From NCBI RefSeq assembly GCF_009914755.1, contig NC_060948.1: a DNA stretch of 64,000 bases; one strand, given 5' to 3'. The notes beneath the pieces were generated by a model. The model did no database searches, was not told the DNA's origin, and saw only the letters and a list, made by a program, of their open reading frames with translations. Below, in pieces: positions 12,725-28,887 of the stretch. This DNA is from the human T2T-CHM13v2.0 reference genome, Homo sapiens. The translations under genes were made by a program, and so were the position numbers. The stretch's first letter is position 1. Each line of letters opens with the position of its first letter.

Positions 12725-12952
12725 GACCATAGAGGGAGAGATCAGATGACAGGTCTACAAGCAAAGAACACCAAGGAATTAATGAAATTCACCAGAAGCA
12801 AACACAGTGGCAGATTTTCTTTCCAAAGAGAATGAACTGTGCCGCCACCTTGATATCAGACTTCTGCTCTCCAGAGCCATAAGGCAATAAATTTATGTTC
12901 TTTTAAACCATTCATACTACAGAATTTTGTGATGGCAGCCCTAGCAAAATGA
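12725..12952 (+). mobile_element. MLT1 (MaLR) LTR 3' fragment
   Basis: GCCACCTTGATATCAGACTTCTGCTCTCCAGAG...AATAAATTTATG...GATGGCAGCCCTAGCAAA. Confidence 0.75.
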
Positions 12953-13754
12953 ACAAACAAACAAACAAACAAAAATACACCCAAGTTTTTTGGTAAACTG
13001 TGTCATGGAGAGAGTGGAAGTTTTGGGAATTTTCACAACCCATCAGACACAGAGGGAGATTGTCCTAAACATTGTGAAGCACACCCCAACATTGCAGGTG
13101 CCCAGAAATACTTATCAGCAGTACCAGTTGGGGATTGCTTGCTCTTATTGACTCCTTAACATTCTTTCCAGCCTTATAATTCAGTTATGATGACATATTA
13201 TGATTTATTATGTCTTATTATAATAAGCAAAAAGACCAATCAAAATATCTCCAACCAAAGTGTTGCAAAATTACAGTATCACATAAACTCAAAAACATGT
13301 AAACATTTGCTCTGAGCTCTGAAAATTTGCTGCCAAACATGAAAGATAAATGATTCCTGAATGTGGGCCCATAAGCAGTCATCAGCCAATTAGACTTTAT
13401 CTTGCATTTCTTCCACTGCCAAAAGGTTTCTTAGTAGCAATTAAGGTTCAGTTCCTCCAGTGAACATTGCAGGGAGGGGACTTCAAGAACCTTTTCCAGG
13501 ATGAGAGCAGGGGATAAGACTTAATGCTTTCATGGAGGCATTGTCATGGATGCCAACGTCCACACGGATTCGTGCACTACAGGATGAGATGTGGTCTTCA
13601 TTGCTCTCACCTCCCCCATCCTATCTGTTTCATGTGTGCATGTTCTCAGCCACTCTTCCTGAGTTCATGCCAGTCAGCCTTTGTTTCCATTGACTGCATT
13701 ATCATGATTGCAGTGGGGACTCCTCTGACTCAAATGGCCCTGAAGGCGGTAAAC

Positions 13755-13895
13755 CTTTCTTCCTCCTCCTCCTTCTCCTCTGCCGCCTCCTTTTCCTTTT
13801 TCTTCTCCTCTCTTCATCTTCCTTCTCCTCCTTCTCTTCTCTTCTTCTCTCCCTCAGCCTCCTCTCTTCCTCCTTCTCCTGCTTTTCATCTTTTT
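13755..13895. repeat. Polypyrimidine/polypurine (TCC/TTC)n tract
   Basis: About 140 bp of almost pure C/T on the plus strand. Confidence 0.9.
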
Positions 13896-13998
13896 CACCA
13901 CATGGCCAGGTTGGTCTCGAACTCCTGACCTCAGGTGATCCAACCGCTTTCGCCGCCAAAAGTGCTGGGATTACAGGCATGAGCCCACTGTGTCTGGT
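13893..13998 (-). mobile_element. Alu left-arm fragment (AluS-like)
   Basis: TTTCACCACATGGCCAGGTTGGTCTCGAACTCCTGACCTCAGGTGATC...GTGCTGGGATTACAGGC. Confidence 0.88.
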
Positions 13999-14012
13999 CT
14001 TATTTCTCAATT

Positions 14013-14022
14013 AAAATTATAT

Positions 14023-14056
<34 letters not shown>

Positions 14057-14540
14057 AAATATATATATATATATATATATAAAATATATATATATATATA
14101 TATATATCCTGAATTTGGGAAAAAAATCAAAAAGAAAACAAAATATTAATTATATTAATAATATTAATAATAATATATGACAAATAATAATATATTATAT
14201 CATATATAATAATATATGATATAATATATAAAATATATAACATATGGTATATAATAATATGTTATATAATATATAACATATGATATATAATAATATATTA
14301 TATAATATATAACATGATATATAATAATATATCATATACAACATATGATATATAATAATATATATCATATATAACACATGTAAATAAATTATATCATATA
14401 TAGTAATGTATAATATCCAACATATCATATATAATAATATACAACATATCTTACATAACATCATATATAATATATGATATTAATATCCAACATACACTAT
14501 ACTATATATATTATATAATGTATAAAATAAAAATAAAAAA
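14013..14540. repeat. (TA)n microsatellite followed by AT-rich low-complexity sequence
   Basis: Interrupted (TA)n at 14017-14107, then degenerate ATATAATAATAT units. Confidence 0.92.
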
Positions 14541-14565
14541 ATTACTATGCAGACATAATATATTA

Positions 14566-15330
<765 letters not shown>

Positions 15331-15466
15331 AGATTAATATTACTGTATAAAGGGAAAAGTAATGGATTAATACATTCTAATTATGTCAATTTTTGGAGAA
15401 AAGGGAAAAGCCACATGAAGAAATCATTGCAAACAAGTGAACTCTATGTGATTCAAAGATTAATTC

Positions 15467-15758
15467 GAGCCAGGCTTGGTGACTCACACCTGTAATCCTA
15501 GCACTTTGGGAGGTCAAGGTGGGCAGATCACTTGAGGTCAGGAGTTCAAGACCAGCCTGACCAACATGGCATCTCTACTAAAAATACAAACACTAGCAGG
15601 GTGTGGTGGTGCACAACTGTAGTCTCAGCTACTCAGGAGACTGAGGTAGAAGAATCGCTTCAACCTGGGACACAGAGGTTGCAGTGAGCCAAAATCACAC
15701 CACTACATTCCAGCCTGGGTGACATAGCAAGATTCTGTCTCAAAAAAAAAAAAAAAAA
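15467..15758 (+). mobile_element. AluS with a short internal deletion
   Basis: Dimer; AACATGGCATCTCTAC lacks GAAACCCC; A tail. Confidence 0.92.
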
Positions 15759-16382
15759 TTGGATCCTAACTGCTGTTATTTTTTCATTACGTTTATCAAT
15801 GTTGCTTTCCAGTCCACACTTTAAACCCAAGAGTATTTAGAAGCATGGGGAATAGAGACCTAAAATGAAGATTCTGCACTCGTGCAAATCTATTCTCAAA
15901 AAGATCATGTGTCTCTGAGCCTGTCTATGTCGCCGGTTGACTGTGACAGTTCCCTGAATCTTCCTGTGGAATGCAAGTCTCATCAAAAGACAATTAACAA
16001 ATATCTTGAAGCTCTCATATGCAATATTATTATTAAAATGCAAAAGCAGCTGTATCAGTTTGCAATAATATCAGCTTTGTACTTTGTAAATAAAATTGGA
16101 AGAATGGCCGATGTGTGATGACAACTACAAACAAGCCCAATTGGGTTTGTTTTAACATTATGTTAAAATTCCCTATAGATATGGATCTGCTTCTTACCTA
16201 TTTGAGGAACAGAGGGCTACACCCTTGGGATGTCACTGGTAGGGAGAGGCTTGTTGTTTTTTTTTTTGTTTTGTTTTATTCCCTTTTTGACTTTTTCTTT
16301 TTTTCTGACAGATTCAGGAGATATATACATATAATCATTTTATATATATATATATATATATTTAATTTTAATTTAAAAATAA

Positions 16383-16685
16383 GGCTGGACATGGTGGCTC
16401 ATGCCTGTAATCCCTGGACTTTGGGAGGCTGAGGCAGTTGGATTTCCTGAGGTCAGGAGTTCCAGAACAACCTGGCCAATGTGCTGAAACCCCATCTTTA
16501 CTGAAAATACAAAAATTAGCTGGGTGTGGTGGCAGGTGCCTGTAATCCCAGTTGTTCAGGAGGTTGAGGCAGGAAAATCGCTTGAACCCAGGAGGCAGAG
16601 GTTGCAGTGAGCCAAGACTGTGTCACTGCACTCCAGCCTAGGCTACAGACTGAGACTCCACCTCAAAATAATAATAATAAAATAG
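16383..16685 (+). mobile_element. AluS
   Basis: Full dimer with an (AAT)n tail. Confidence 0.92.
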
Positions 16686-16744
16686 AATAAATCTGGTGCC
16701 CTAGATGAATGCCTCACTCTAGTCCCTAAGAAACTTGGAAGTTT

Positions 16745-16970
16745 GGTCAGGAGTTCAAGACCAACCTGGCCAATGTGGTGAAACCCCATCTCTACTAAAA
16801 ATACAAAAATTAGCTGGGCGTGGTGGCAGGTGCCTGTAATCCCAGCTATTCAGGAGGCTGAGGCAAAAGAATCACTTGAACCTGGGAGGTGGAGGTTGCA
16901 GGGAGCTGAGATCAAGCTACCGCACTCCAGCATGGGTGACAGAGTGAGACCCTGTCTAAAAAACAAACAA
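16745..16970 (+). mobile_element. 5'-truncated AluS
   Basis: Starts at GGTCAGGAGTTCAAGACC and runs to an A-rich tail. Confidence 0.9.
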
Positions 16971-17332
16971 TAAATTGACAACAACAGCACGTATTCATGG
17001 GGTACATAGTGATGTTTCAATATGTATAATGTACAGTGACAAAATTAGGGTAATTATCATATCAAAAATGATTTATTTTTAATGTAGCCAAACTCCTTTG
17101 GCCTTAATTAGGTCCTGACAACTTGGTCCTGACTGCAGGTTTAGGGCCAGGAGTGGTGAGTCTGAATTGTGTGCGGTTTTCCTGTGTGCCCAGAAGAATG
17201 CATTATTTCTCTGGGCATTCTCCAAATTCTTATTCATCAGAATCCTCATATCTATGCAAGATTTCATGTTTTGATCAAGAAGATATATTCTCCACACAAT
17301 CCTCTTGCCTTTTGTTGAAAATCAGAGTTTTT

Positions 17333-17732
<400 letters not shown>

Positions 17733-17869
17733 CTATTTTTAGGAACTCAAGTGCCTTGTGTATATTCCAAAATTCAGATCTAAATTCCCAATGTATTTCA
17801 TAATTCAGGTGACATTAGATTATGAGGAAATCTTTCAGGTTAGTCAAACATAATCATATAATTATTTTG

Positions 17870-18005
17870 GGACCAGGAGTGGTGGCTTACCCTTGTAATA
17901 ACAGCACTTTGGAAGGTGAAAGCAGGAGGATTGCTTGAGTCTAGAAATTTGAGACCAGCCTGGGCAACAAGTGAAACCCCTCTATCTCTACCAAAAACAA
18001 AAATT
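17870..18005 (+). mobile_element. FLAM/Alu monomer
   Basis: Single arm GCAGGAGGATTGCTTGAG...GAGACCAGCCTGGGCAAC. Confidence 0.8.
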
Positions 18006-18659
18006 ATTTTGGGAAAATTTTACATATTGAAAAGCAAATAATAACTACTGCTTTAATTAATGAGGATTATCCTGTAAGTTTTCTATTTTTTCCCACCTTT
18101 ATATCATTTAGAAATATCCATCATAGAAGAAGTTCAGATCAATGATTGCTTTGCAGACGTTGAAGTTACAGTTGGAAAAGCCGCCTTAACTCCAACTGCG
18201 AGGTTAAGTCTAGGTCTTGTTCTCAGTTGTGCTGCCATTGTGTTTTTGCCAGCAGACGTTCTGGTAGAAGAGAGTGAAGGCTGTTATATCCAGGACAAAC
18301 ACAAAAACCGAACAGTGAATTCCTTATTCCTTATTTCTCCATAAAAACAGCTTTCCCCCATACTGTTTCAATCAGGCATTTGCACAGTAAATGACGTATC
18401 ATATTAAGTTAAATATTTGGGTGAATGTGTTAGTAAATTTCCTCCTAGAAATATAGACAACCCTTTAAAATCCATGTTGCTCTATGGATGTACACATTTG
18501 AGTGATTTACAATTGTCAGATCATCAGTTTCTCCACAGCCTGGCATCACAGTGGCTACAACAAATATTAATGAAGTGCTACAAAGCACTTCAACCCAGCT
18601 TCTCTAAGATTTTGCACAAGAAATTGTGGTTGGACTTCTTTAGGCTCCATCTCTCTCTG

Positions 18660-18691
<32 letters not shown>

Positions 18692-20549
18692 ACAACCATG
18701 CTTTATTTATCCACTAGCCTTACAGTAACAAAGCAGAAACTGAATTTGTGTGATACATTTTTAAGCAATAAACATGTTGATTTATTTGTTTAGTGAGTTG
18801 GATGATGCTATGTGCTATTTCTTGCAGGCTGAAAAAATAGGTTACATTTTCCTCTATATCCAAATAATCAAATTATTATAGATGGTACAAAAATGGAAAC
18901 CACAGCATAACACAGAGAGATTTAAAGCTCTAACCCACAAGACAAACTTTCTCATCTTCTAATCGAAAAGTTTCAATTCACTCTAATTCATAGGCTGCAC
19001 TGTATTTATTCCATTGTCACTGGTTCGAAAGACTTTTTGTGGCTCCACTGGATAATATCCCAGGTCACGCATTTATCCCCATTTTTTTTCCATCTTAAGT
19101 TTATTCTGCATCATTTTACTGTTGAAGGAGGAAGGAAGCATAGCTCTTATTCTCATTTGCAATTCTGGCCATTCCTGTGGGGAAAGATGGAGAAGGAAGA
19201 TCAAAGGGAGACTTTTGTATGATTTTCAAGTCTTTCTTATGTTTACTACCCTAAATCCAGTTTTTACTTTAATTGTTGGATTTTCTTAGATTTACTTTGT
19301 TAGTTTTACTTAGATTGTTAAGATTTATCACTGCCCAGTAAATACAAAGGGATCATGTCATTGTTGCTGATAGTACAGGAATATATTATTGAACTCCTTA
19401 GGTTTTGGTAGTAGAGTCTTATTCTTTCCATTACAAGAGATTTTCCTAAACATAAATACCAGTTCAAAAATTTAGGTGGGAGCATGGGATAAGAGAATAG
19501 AACAGATCAGAATCAAAATAGCCTACAATGTTATTAGAAAGCAACTCACATGAAATTAAGTGAGCAGTCCTCTTACATCTGTAAAACACAGTTTTCTCAC
19601 TGTAATCTTCCATTTTCCAGTATAGTGAAAATACTACTACCATATATTGTGATTATGGCATACTGTTAGTGATAAAATGAACAGAGATTTGACTGCAAAA
19701 ATCCTGAATGATCGGGACTTTTTTTTTTTCTTTTTTGCCTTTTCAGTATAACTGGCAACTATATGAGTGTCTCTATTCTGGGAAAATTAATGGCCATCAG
19801 AAACCCAATTTATATGGTGGAAACTAGAGAAAACACGGGTAATAGTCACAAAATCCATTTTGCCTTTGATGAGAAATTTATGTCTGCATTTACTCAATGA
19901 AAAACCTCCTTCTGGAAATCTGTCAAAGCAAGGAATAGAAAGCAAAGAGAATGTTTTGCTATGGAACTTTGGTCTGAGATGAAAGCTAGGCTTTAGGAGC
20001 TAGCCAAGAGTATACCACTCTTCAGCTTCTATGAGAGTCCAGATTTCCATCCACATGAGAAATAAGGTGTAATGTTCTGTTTTCCTTTCACTGCAATGTA
20101 GTGACTTTGCAGTTGGCTCTCCCAGTCAATGAGATGTTCCCGTCTCAGAGCTCAGACCTCTTTTCCATAGAGAAAGGGCCACAGCAGAGCAGCCCACTTT
20201 ATTGTATGGATTGACTGAAGCTCCAGGAGTCTGACAGTGAGCAGATGTTTGTGAGGCAAACAAGAACTGTAGAATGTGGCATGATTGGAAGACAAGGACT
20301 TCCAATGATGCACTTTATTACAAAAGCAGAGGCATAAACATCAGTGAGGAGTCATGGTAACTACCTCCTCCTGACGTCACTGTGGATGGAAATGGTGTGC
20401 TGAAAGACCGTGGGAAGATGGGACCATGGGGGAGAGAGGGAAAATGATTTTGCTTTAGATGACCAATGGAAAGAAAAAAAATTATAGTGGAATGGGAGGG
20501 ACACAATAGAATAAATTCATAGTCATATTTGAGGGTGGAAAACCAAGTG

Positions 20550-20975
20550 ACGCTATTCACTATGGCAAAAACTTGGAATCAACCTAGATGCCCATCAGTG
20601 GATAAAGAAATTGTGGTACATAGACACGCTGGAATACTTTGCAGCAACATGGATGCAGCTAGAGGCCATTATTCTGAGTGAATTAGTGTAGGAACACAAA
20701 ACCAGGTACTGATTGTTTTCACTTCTAAGTAGGAGCCAAACCTTAGGTAGTCATGGACATAAAGATGTGAATGACAGGCACTGGGGGCTACTTGAGGGTG
20801 CAGGAAGGGAGGAGGGAGAGGACTGAAAAACTACCTACTGGGTTTTATGCTTCCCACCTGGATGATGAAATTGTACACCAAACCCTCTTGATATGCAATT
20901 TACCCACGTAACAAACTTGCACGTGGACATTCTGAGCCTAAAATAAAAGTTGGAAAGAAAAAAGAAGAGAAGGAA
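20550..20975 (+). mobile_element. L1PB/MA-like 3' end
   Basis: GCAAAAACTTGGAATCAACCTAGATGCCCATCAG...AACAAACTTGCACGTG...CTAAAATAAAAGTTG. Confidence 0.85.
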
Positions 20976-21404
20976 AATGGAATAACACGGTGCAGTAACA
21001 CAGCCATGTAGTGGGGTTGGAAGCTGCATCTTGAATTGGAAGGAGCATAGTGGATGCTTTGCAGTGAAGCCCTAGAGAAGCTCACTAGAGTGGAAATGGC
21101 TGTGTATTGATGGGGTCCTTAAGTGATCATGGGAGTGATTGATGCCCACCTGGACTCAAGAATCTCTACTGCATGGTCTCAACTTTTGCCCCTTCCAACT
21201 GTGATAGTTTCCTTCATTTTGCCCATCTTATAGAAGATACATTAGGGCTTTGGATGAAGAAGCTGAGACTAATCAAAGTCGTGTAACTTTTCCAAGATGA
21301 CATAGCCTCAAAGTAGAGGAGTTAGAATCAGCTGGGTCTTGGTATGTGTTTGGTTACAAAAAAGCTTGCATTTCCAAATTTTATGTAGCTCATCCCATTT
21401 TCTA

Positions 21405-21625
21405 CTTTCCTTCTTTCCTCCTCCTCCTCCACCTTTCCTCTCCTCCTCCACCTTTCCTCTCCTCCTCCACCTTTCCTCTCCTCCTCCTCCTTCTTTTCTT
21501 CCTCTTCTTCTTTTTTCTTCTCCTTCTCCTTCTTCCTTTCCTCTTGCTCATCTTCCTCCTACTCCTCCTTCTTCTTCTCCTCTTCATCTCCTCCTCCTCC
21601 TCCTCCTTCTTCCTTCTTCCTCATC
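21405..21625. repeat. Polypyrimidine/polypurine (TCC/TTC)n tract at an Alu tail
   Basis: About 220 bp of nearly pure C/T, including three copies of CTCCTCCTCCACCTTTCCT. Confidence 0.9.
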
Positions 21626-21632
21626 ATCATAT

Positions 21633-21920
21633 TTTAGAGACAGGGTCTTTCTCTGTTGCCCAGGCTGGAGTGCAGTGGCATGATCATAGCTTACTGCAGT
21701 GTTGAATTCCTGAACTCAAGCAATACTCCCACCTTCACCTCCTGAGTAACTGGGCACTACAAGCACAGCCATGATGCCCAACTAATTTAAAAACATTTTT
21801 TTTAATAGATTGGGTTTAGCTGTGTTGCCCAGGCTGCTGTCAAACACCTGGCCTCAACTGATCCTCCTGCCCCAGTCTCTGAAAGTTCTGGGATTATAGG
21901 CATGAGCCACCAGGGCTGGA
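21633..21920 (-). mobile_element. AluJ-like
   Basis: GAGACAGGGTCTTTCTCTGTTGCCCAGGCTGGAGTGCAGTGGCATGATCATAGC. Confidence 0.88.
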
Positions 21921-22197
21921 CAAGCACATTTTCTGTATCCATTCATCTGCAAATGGACATTGGCATGGTGTCCACATCTCACCTCTTGTAAATAATCTTC
22001 AGTGAACGTGAGAGTGCAGATATCTCTTCAACACACTCATTTCAATTATCTTGGATGTATACCCAGAAGTGGGATGGCTGGATTATATGTGTAAGGGTGT
22101 TAAACAGACCATGGCTTCTAATACATCACAATCTCAGCCTTGGGACTCAATGAGGGCTCAGGGAAATAAACATTTGTCAAGTATATATGTAACTACA

Positions 22198-22890
22198 TGA
22201 CGGGTTCTTTCTGCCCACCAAACAGAAAAAAAAAAAAAAAAAAATTTGCTGAGACCATTATGTTACAATAAAGCAAGAGCTTAATAGACACAAGGTCAGG
22301 TATGCCACATGGGAGATGGAGTTATTACTCAAAAATTGGAGGTTAGGATTTTGTGAAGGTAGTTTGGGAAAGGAGTCTGGGTGGCTAGGCAATGGGTGCC
22401 TGCTGCTGATTGATTAGGTCAGAGATGAAATCATAGGGAGTTGAAGCTGTCCTCCCAGGCTAAGTTGTTTCTAGGTGGCACCACAAGAGTGTGGAGCCCT
22501 CAATTGGTGGGTCCAGGTGTTGCCATGGGTGTCAGACATGCAAAAACACCTGAAAAGACATCTCAAAAGACCAGTCCTTCAGTTCAGCAACAGTGATGTT
22601 ATCTGCAGGAGTAATTGGGGAAGTTGCATAGCTTGTGACTTCTGGAATAATGGCTACCAATCATTTCTGTCTGCACTTTAACAGAATTCAGACTCCTCTG
22701 GCCTAGCCTGGTGGTCTCTCCTTAGCTTTACAAAGGTGGTTGAGTTTTGCGGAAGTCCTATTATCATTTAAACTATAAGCTAAATGTCTTGCGGGTTGGA
22801 GGCTAAAGGCAAGAAGGGTGTTGGCTAGATCAGATCTCCCCCACTGCCATAATTTGTTTCACTGCTATAATTTTTCCAAAGGCAGTTTCA
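22198..22890 (-). mobile_element. LTR8-family solo LTR (ERV1)
   Basis: Ends TAATTTTTCCAAAGGCAGTTTCA, the reverse complement of the LTR8 start TGAAACCGCCTTTGCAAAATTA; internal AAAGACATCTCAAAAG and GATGTTATCTGCAGGAGTAATTGGGG. Confidence 0.78.
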
Positions 22891-22922
22891 GAAATCTGAG
22901 ATGTCATTCTCTTTAAAGCTTC

Positions 22923-23357
22923 TGTCAGGCTTCTGAGCCCAGACTAAGCCATCATATCCCCTGTGAACTGCAAGTATATATCCAGATGGACTGAAGCAAC
23001 TGAAGATCCACAAAAGAAGTGAAAATAACCTTAACTGACGATATTCCATCATTGTGATTTGTTTCTGCCCCGCCAACTGATCAATCCATGTACTTTGTAG
23101 CCTCCCCCACCCTTAAGAAGGTTGTTTGTAATTCTCCCCACTCTTGAGAATGTACTTTGTGAGATCCACTCTCTGCCTGCAAAACATGGCTCCTAACTCC
23201 ACCACCTATTCCAAAACCTATAAGAACTAATGACAATCCCACCACCCTTTGCTGACTCCTTTTTCGGACTCAGCCTGCCTGCACCCAGGTAAAATAAACA
23301 GCCTTGTTGCTCACACAAAGCCTGTTTGGTGGTCTTTTCAGATGGATGTGCATGTCA
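22923..23357 (+). promoter_or_regulatory. HERV-H 5' LTR (LTR7 family, LTR7B-like)
   Basis: TGTCAGGCTTCTGAGCCC...; repeated TGTACTTTGT/CTCCCCCACCCTT.AGAA units; TATA-like CCTATAAGA at ~23217; AATAAA at ~23293. Confidence 0.93.
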
Positions 23358-23359
23358 TT

Positions 23360-23377
23360 TGGTGCCAAAGACCCAGG
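23360..23377 (+). promoter_or_regulatory. Primer binding site, tRNA-Phe-like
   Basis: TGGTGCCAAAGACCCAGG lies just after the LTR; it is closer to the Phe PBS (TGGTGCCGAAACCCGGGA) than to the His PBS (TGGTGCCGTGACTCGGAT). Confidence 0.75.
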
Positions 23378-23943
23378 TCACAGGGATTCCTTCGGGAGAC
23401 CAGGCCCCTGTCCTCACTCTCACTCCATGAAGGGATCCACCTATGACCTCGAGTCCTTAGACCAACCAGCCCAAGGAACATCTCACCAATCTCAAATTGG
23501 GTAAGTGGTATTTTCAATCTCTTCTCCAGCCTCTCTTGCTACCCTTCAGTCTCCCCGTCCTTCCAATTCCAGTTCTTTTTCCTCTCTGTTAGAGACAAAG
23601 GAGACACATTTTATCCATGAACCCAAAACTCTGGTGTCAGTCATGGACTGGAAAAGACAGCCGTCCTTGGTGTTTAATCATTGTGGGGACACCTGCCTGA
23701 TTATTCACCCACACTCTATTGGTGTTTAATCACTGCGGGGAAGTCTACCTGATTATTCACCCACATTCCATTGGTGTCTGGTCACCATGGGGATGACTGC
23801 CTTGGTCATTCACCCACATTCCCTTGGTGGCAAGTCAATTGCAAGGATGCCTGCTTTGGCTGCTCACCCACATTGCAGCCCAGGGCTGCTCCCCACCCCT
23901 TTTCTGTGTCTCTACCCTTCTCTTTAAACTTGCCTCCTTCACT

Positions 23944-25538
23944 ATGGGCAGCCTTCCACCCTCCATTCCTCCTTCTTCTCCCTTAGTCTGTGTTCTCAAG
24001 AACTTAAAACCTCTTCAACTCTCACCTGAGCTAAAATCTAAGCATCTTATTTTCTTCTGCAATATTGCTTGGCCCCAATACAAGCTCAACAGTAGTTCCA
24101 AGTGGCCAGAAAATGTCACTTTCAATTTGTCTATCCTACAAGATCTAGATAATTTTTGTCAAAAAATGGGCAAATGGTCAGAGGTGCCTGATGTCCAGGC
24201 ATTCTTTTACACATTGGTCCCTCCCTAGCCTCTGCTCCCAATATGACTCATCCCAAATCTTTCTTCTTTCTCTCCTTTCTGTTCCTTCAGTCTCCACCCC
24301 AAGCTCTGGGTCCTTTGAATCCTTTTCTATGGAATCTTCTGACCTCTCCCCTTGTCCCTGGGCTGCTCCTTGCCAAGCTGAGCCAGGTCCCAATTCTTCC
24401 TCAGCCTCTGCTCCCTGACCCTGTAATCTTTCTATCACCTCCCCTCCTCACACCCAGTCTGGCTTACAGTTTTGTTCCATGACTAGCTCTCCCGCACTTG
24501 CCCAAAATTTCCTCTTAGAGAAGTGGCTGGAGCTGAAGACATAGTCAGGATACATGTGCCTTTTTCTCTATCAGACCTTTACCAAATCAGCCAGAGTTTA
24601 GGCTGTTTCTCATTAGACCCCACTAAATATATACAGGAATTCCGATATCTAACTCTGTCCTACAATTTAACCTGGAGTGACTTAAATGTCATCCTAACTT
24701 CTACCCTTTCCCCAGATGAATGGGAAAAAGTTTTTTCTCTAGCCCAATTTCATGCTAATAACCACCAGCTTCATGAGCCAGACCCCTAGGAAGGCATTAG
24801 AGCAGTTCCCTGGGAATATCCCCAATGGAACCATCAGGCAGATTCCCCAGGTATAGCTAGGCGAGATTACATGGTTTCCTGCCTAGTTGAAGAGCTTAAA
24901 AAGGCAGCTTACAAAGTTGTTAATTATGACAAATTTAAAGAAACTACCCAAAGTAAAGAGGAAAACCCAGCCCAGTTCATGGCCTGCTTAGTTAGCAGCA
25001 ACCCTTAGACACTTTACCACCCTAGAGCCAGAGGGGTCAGAAGGCCACCTTATTCCTAATATGCATTTTATCACCCAGTCAGCTCCTGACATTAGAAAAA
25101 AGCTTCAAAATTTGGAATCCAGCCCTCAAACCCCACAATAGGAATTAGTCAACCTCACCTTCAAGGTGTACAATAACAGAGAGGAGGTAGCCAGACAGCA
25201 ACACATTTCTGAGTTCAGCTACTTGCCTCCTCTGTAAGACAACCCACAGCCACATCTCAGCATACAAGAACTTCAGAACATGCAAGCCACAGGTCCCAGG
25301 CGCTCCTTCAAAACATCCTCATGGACCTTACTTCAAATGTCAAAAGCCTGGCCACTGGGCCTTAGAATGTCTGCAGTCTGGGATTCCTCCTGAGCCACGC
25401 CCTCTCTGTGCAGGCTCCCACTGGAGGTCAGACAGTCTGACTCACATCGCCACCACTCGTAAAGTCCCTGGAGCCCAAACCCAATGTTCCTTGGCTGACT
25501 CCTTCCCATATCTTATCAGCTTAGTGGCTGAAGACTGA
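23944..25538 (+). pseudogene. gag: HERV-H gag, disrupted
   Basis: MGSLPPSIPPSSPLVCVLKNL...WPQYKL...WPENVTF; capsid VPFSLSDL...YIQEF; degenerate zinc knuckle YFKCQKPGHWALEC at ~25329; multiple stops. Confidence 0.9.
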
Positions 25539-28250
<2,712 letters not shown>

Positions 28251-28491
28251 TCCTCATTCTTGACTCCCTCTTGGAGTGGATAGATGATCTTTGCTGACAG
28301 GATACACTCTAACACTTTCACCCTTATGAAGTCTTATTCTTTACTTTTATACTCACTCTTGCTCTCGTTCACATTCTTATGCCATCCTCTACCTCTCCCC
28401 AGCTATCTCCACCACACTATCAATCTCACTCACTCCTAGCCATTTCTAATCCTTCTTTAACAAACAATAGCTGGCTTTGCATTTCTCTTTC

Positions 28492-28887
28492 CTCCAAAAT
28501 CACTGAGGCCTCAATTTACTCACTGCTGAAAAAGGAGGACTCTGTATATTTTTAAATGAAGAGAGTTGTTTTTACCTAAATCAATCTGGCCTGGTATATG
28601 ACAACATAAAAAAACTCAAGGATAGAGCCCAAAAACTTGCAAACCAACCAAATAATTATGCAGAATCCCCTTGGGCACTCTCTAATTGGATGTCCTGGGC
28701 CCTCCCAATTCTTAGTCCTTTAATACCTGTTTTTCTCCTTCTCTTATTTGAACCTTGTGTTTTCCTTTTAGTTTCTCAATTCACACAAAACGGCATCCAG
28801 GCCATCACCAATCATTTTATACAACAAAGGCTTCTTCTAACAATCCCACAATATCACCCCTTACCTGAAAATCTTTCTTCAGTTTAA
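28492..28887 (+). pseudogene. env: HERV-H env TM remnant
   Basis: [32 protein letters not shown] (immunosuppressive domain and a degenerate CX6CC), then the anchor WALPILSPLIPVFLLLLFEPCVF. Confidence 0.9.

Noticed and set aside
21339-21705. Arg/Lys-rich (protamine-like) and Leu/Pro-rich ORFs, also at 13524-14010
   Set aside because: They are translations of purine/pyrimidine simple repeats fused to Alu.
28492-28887. Possible functional (syncytin-like) env
   Set aside because: SU is deleted, there is a stop inside the immunosuppressive domain and CX6CC is mutated.
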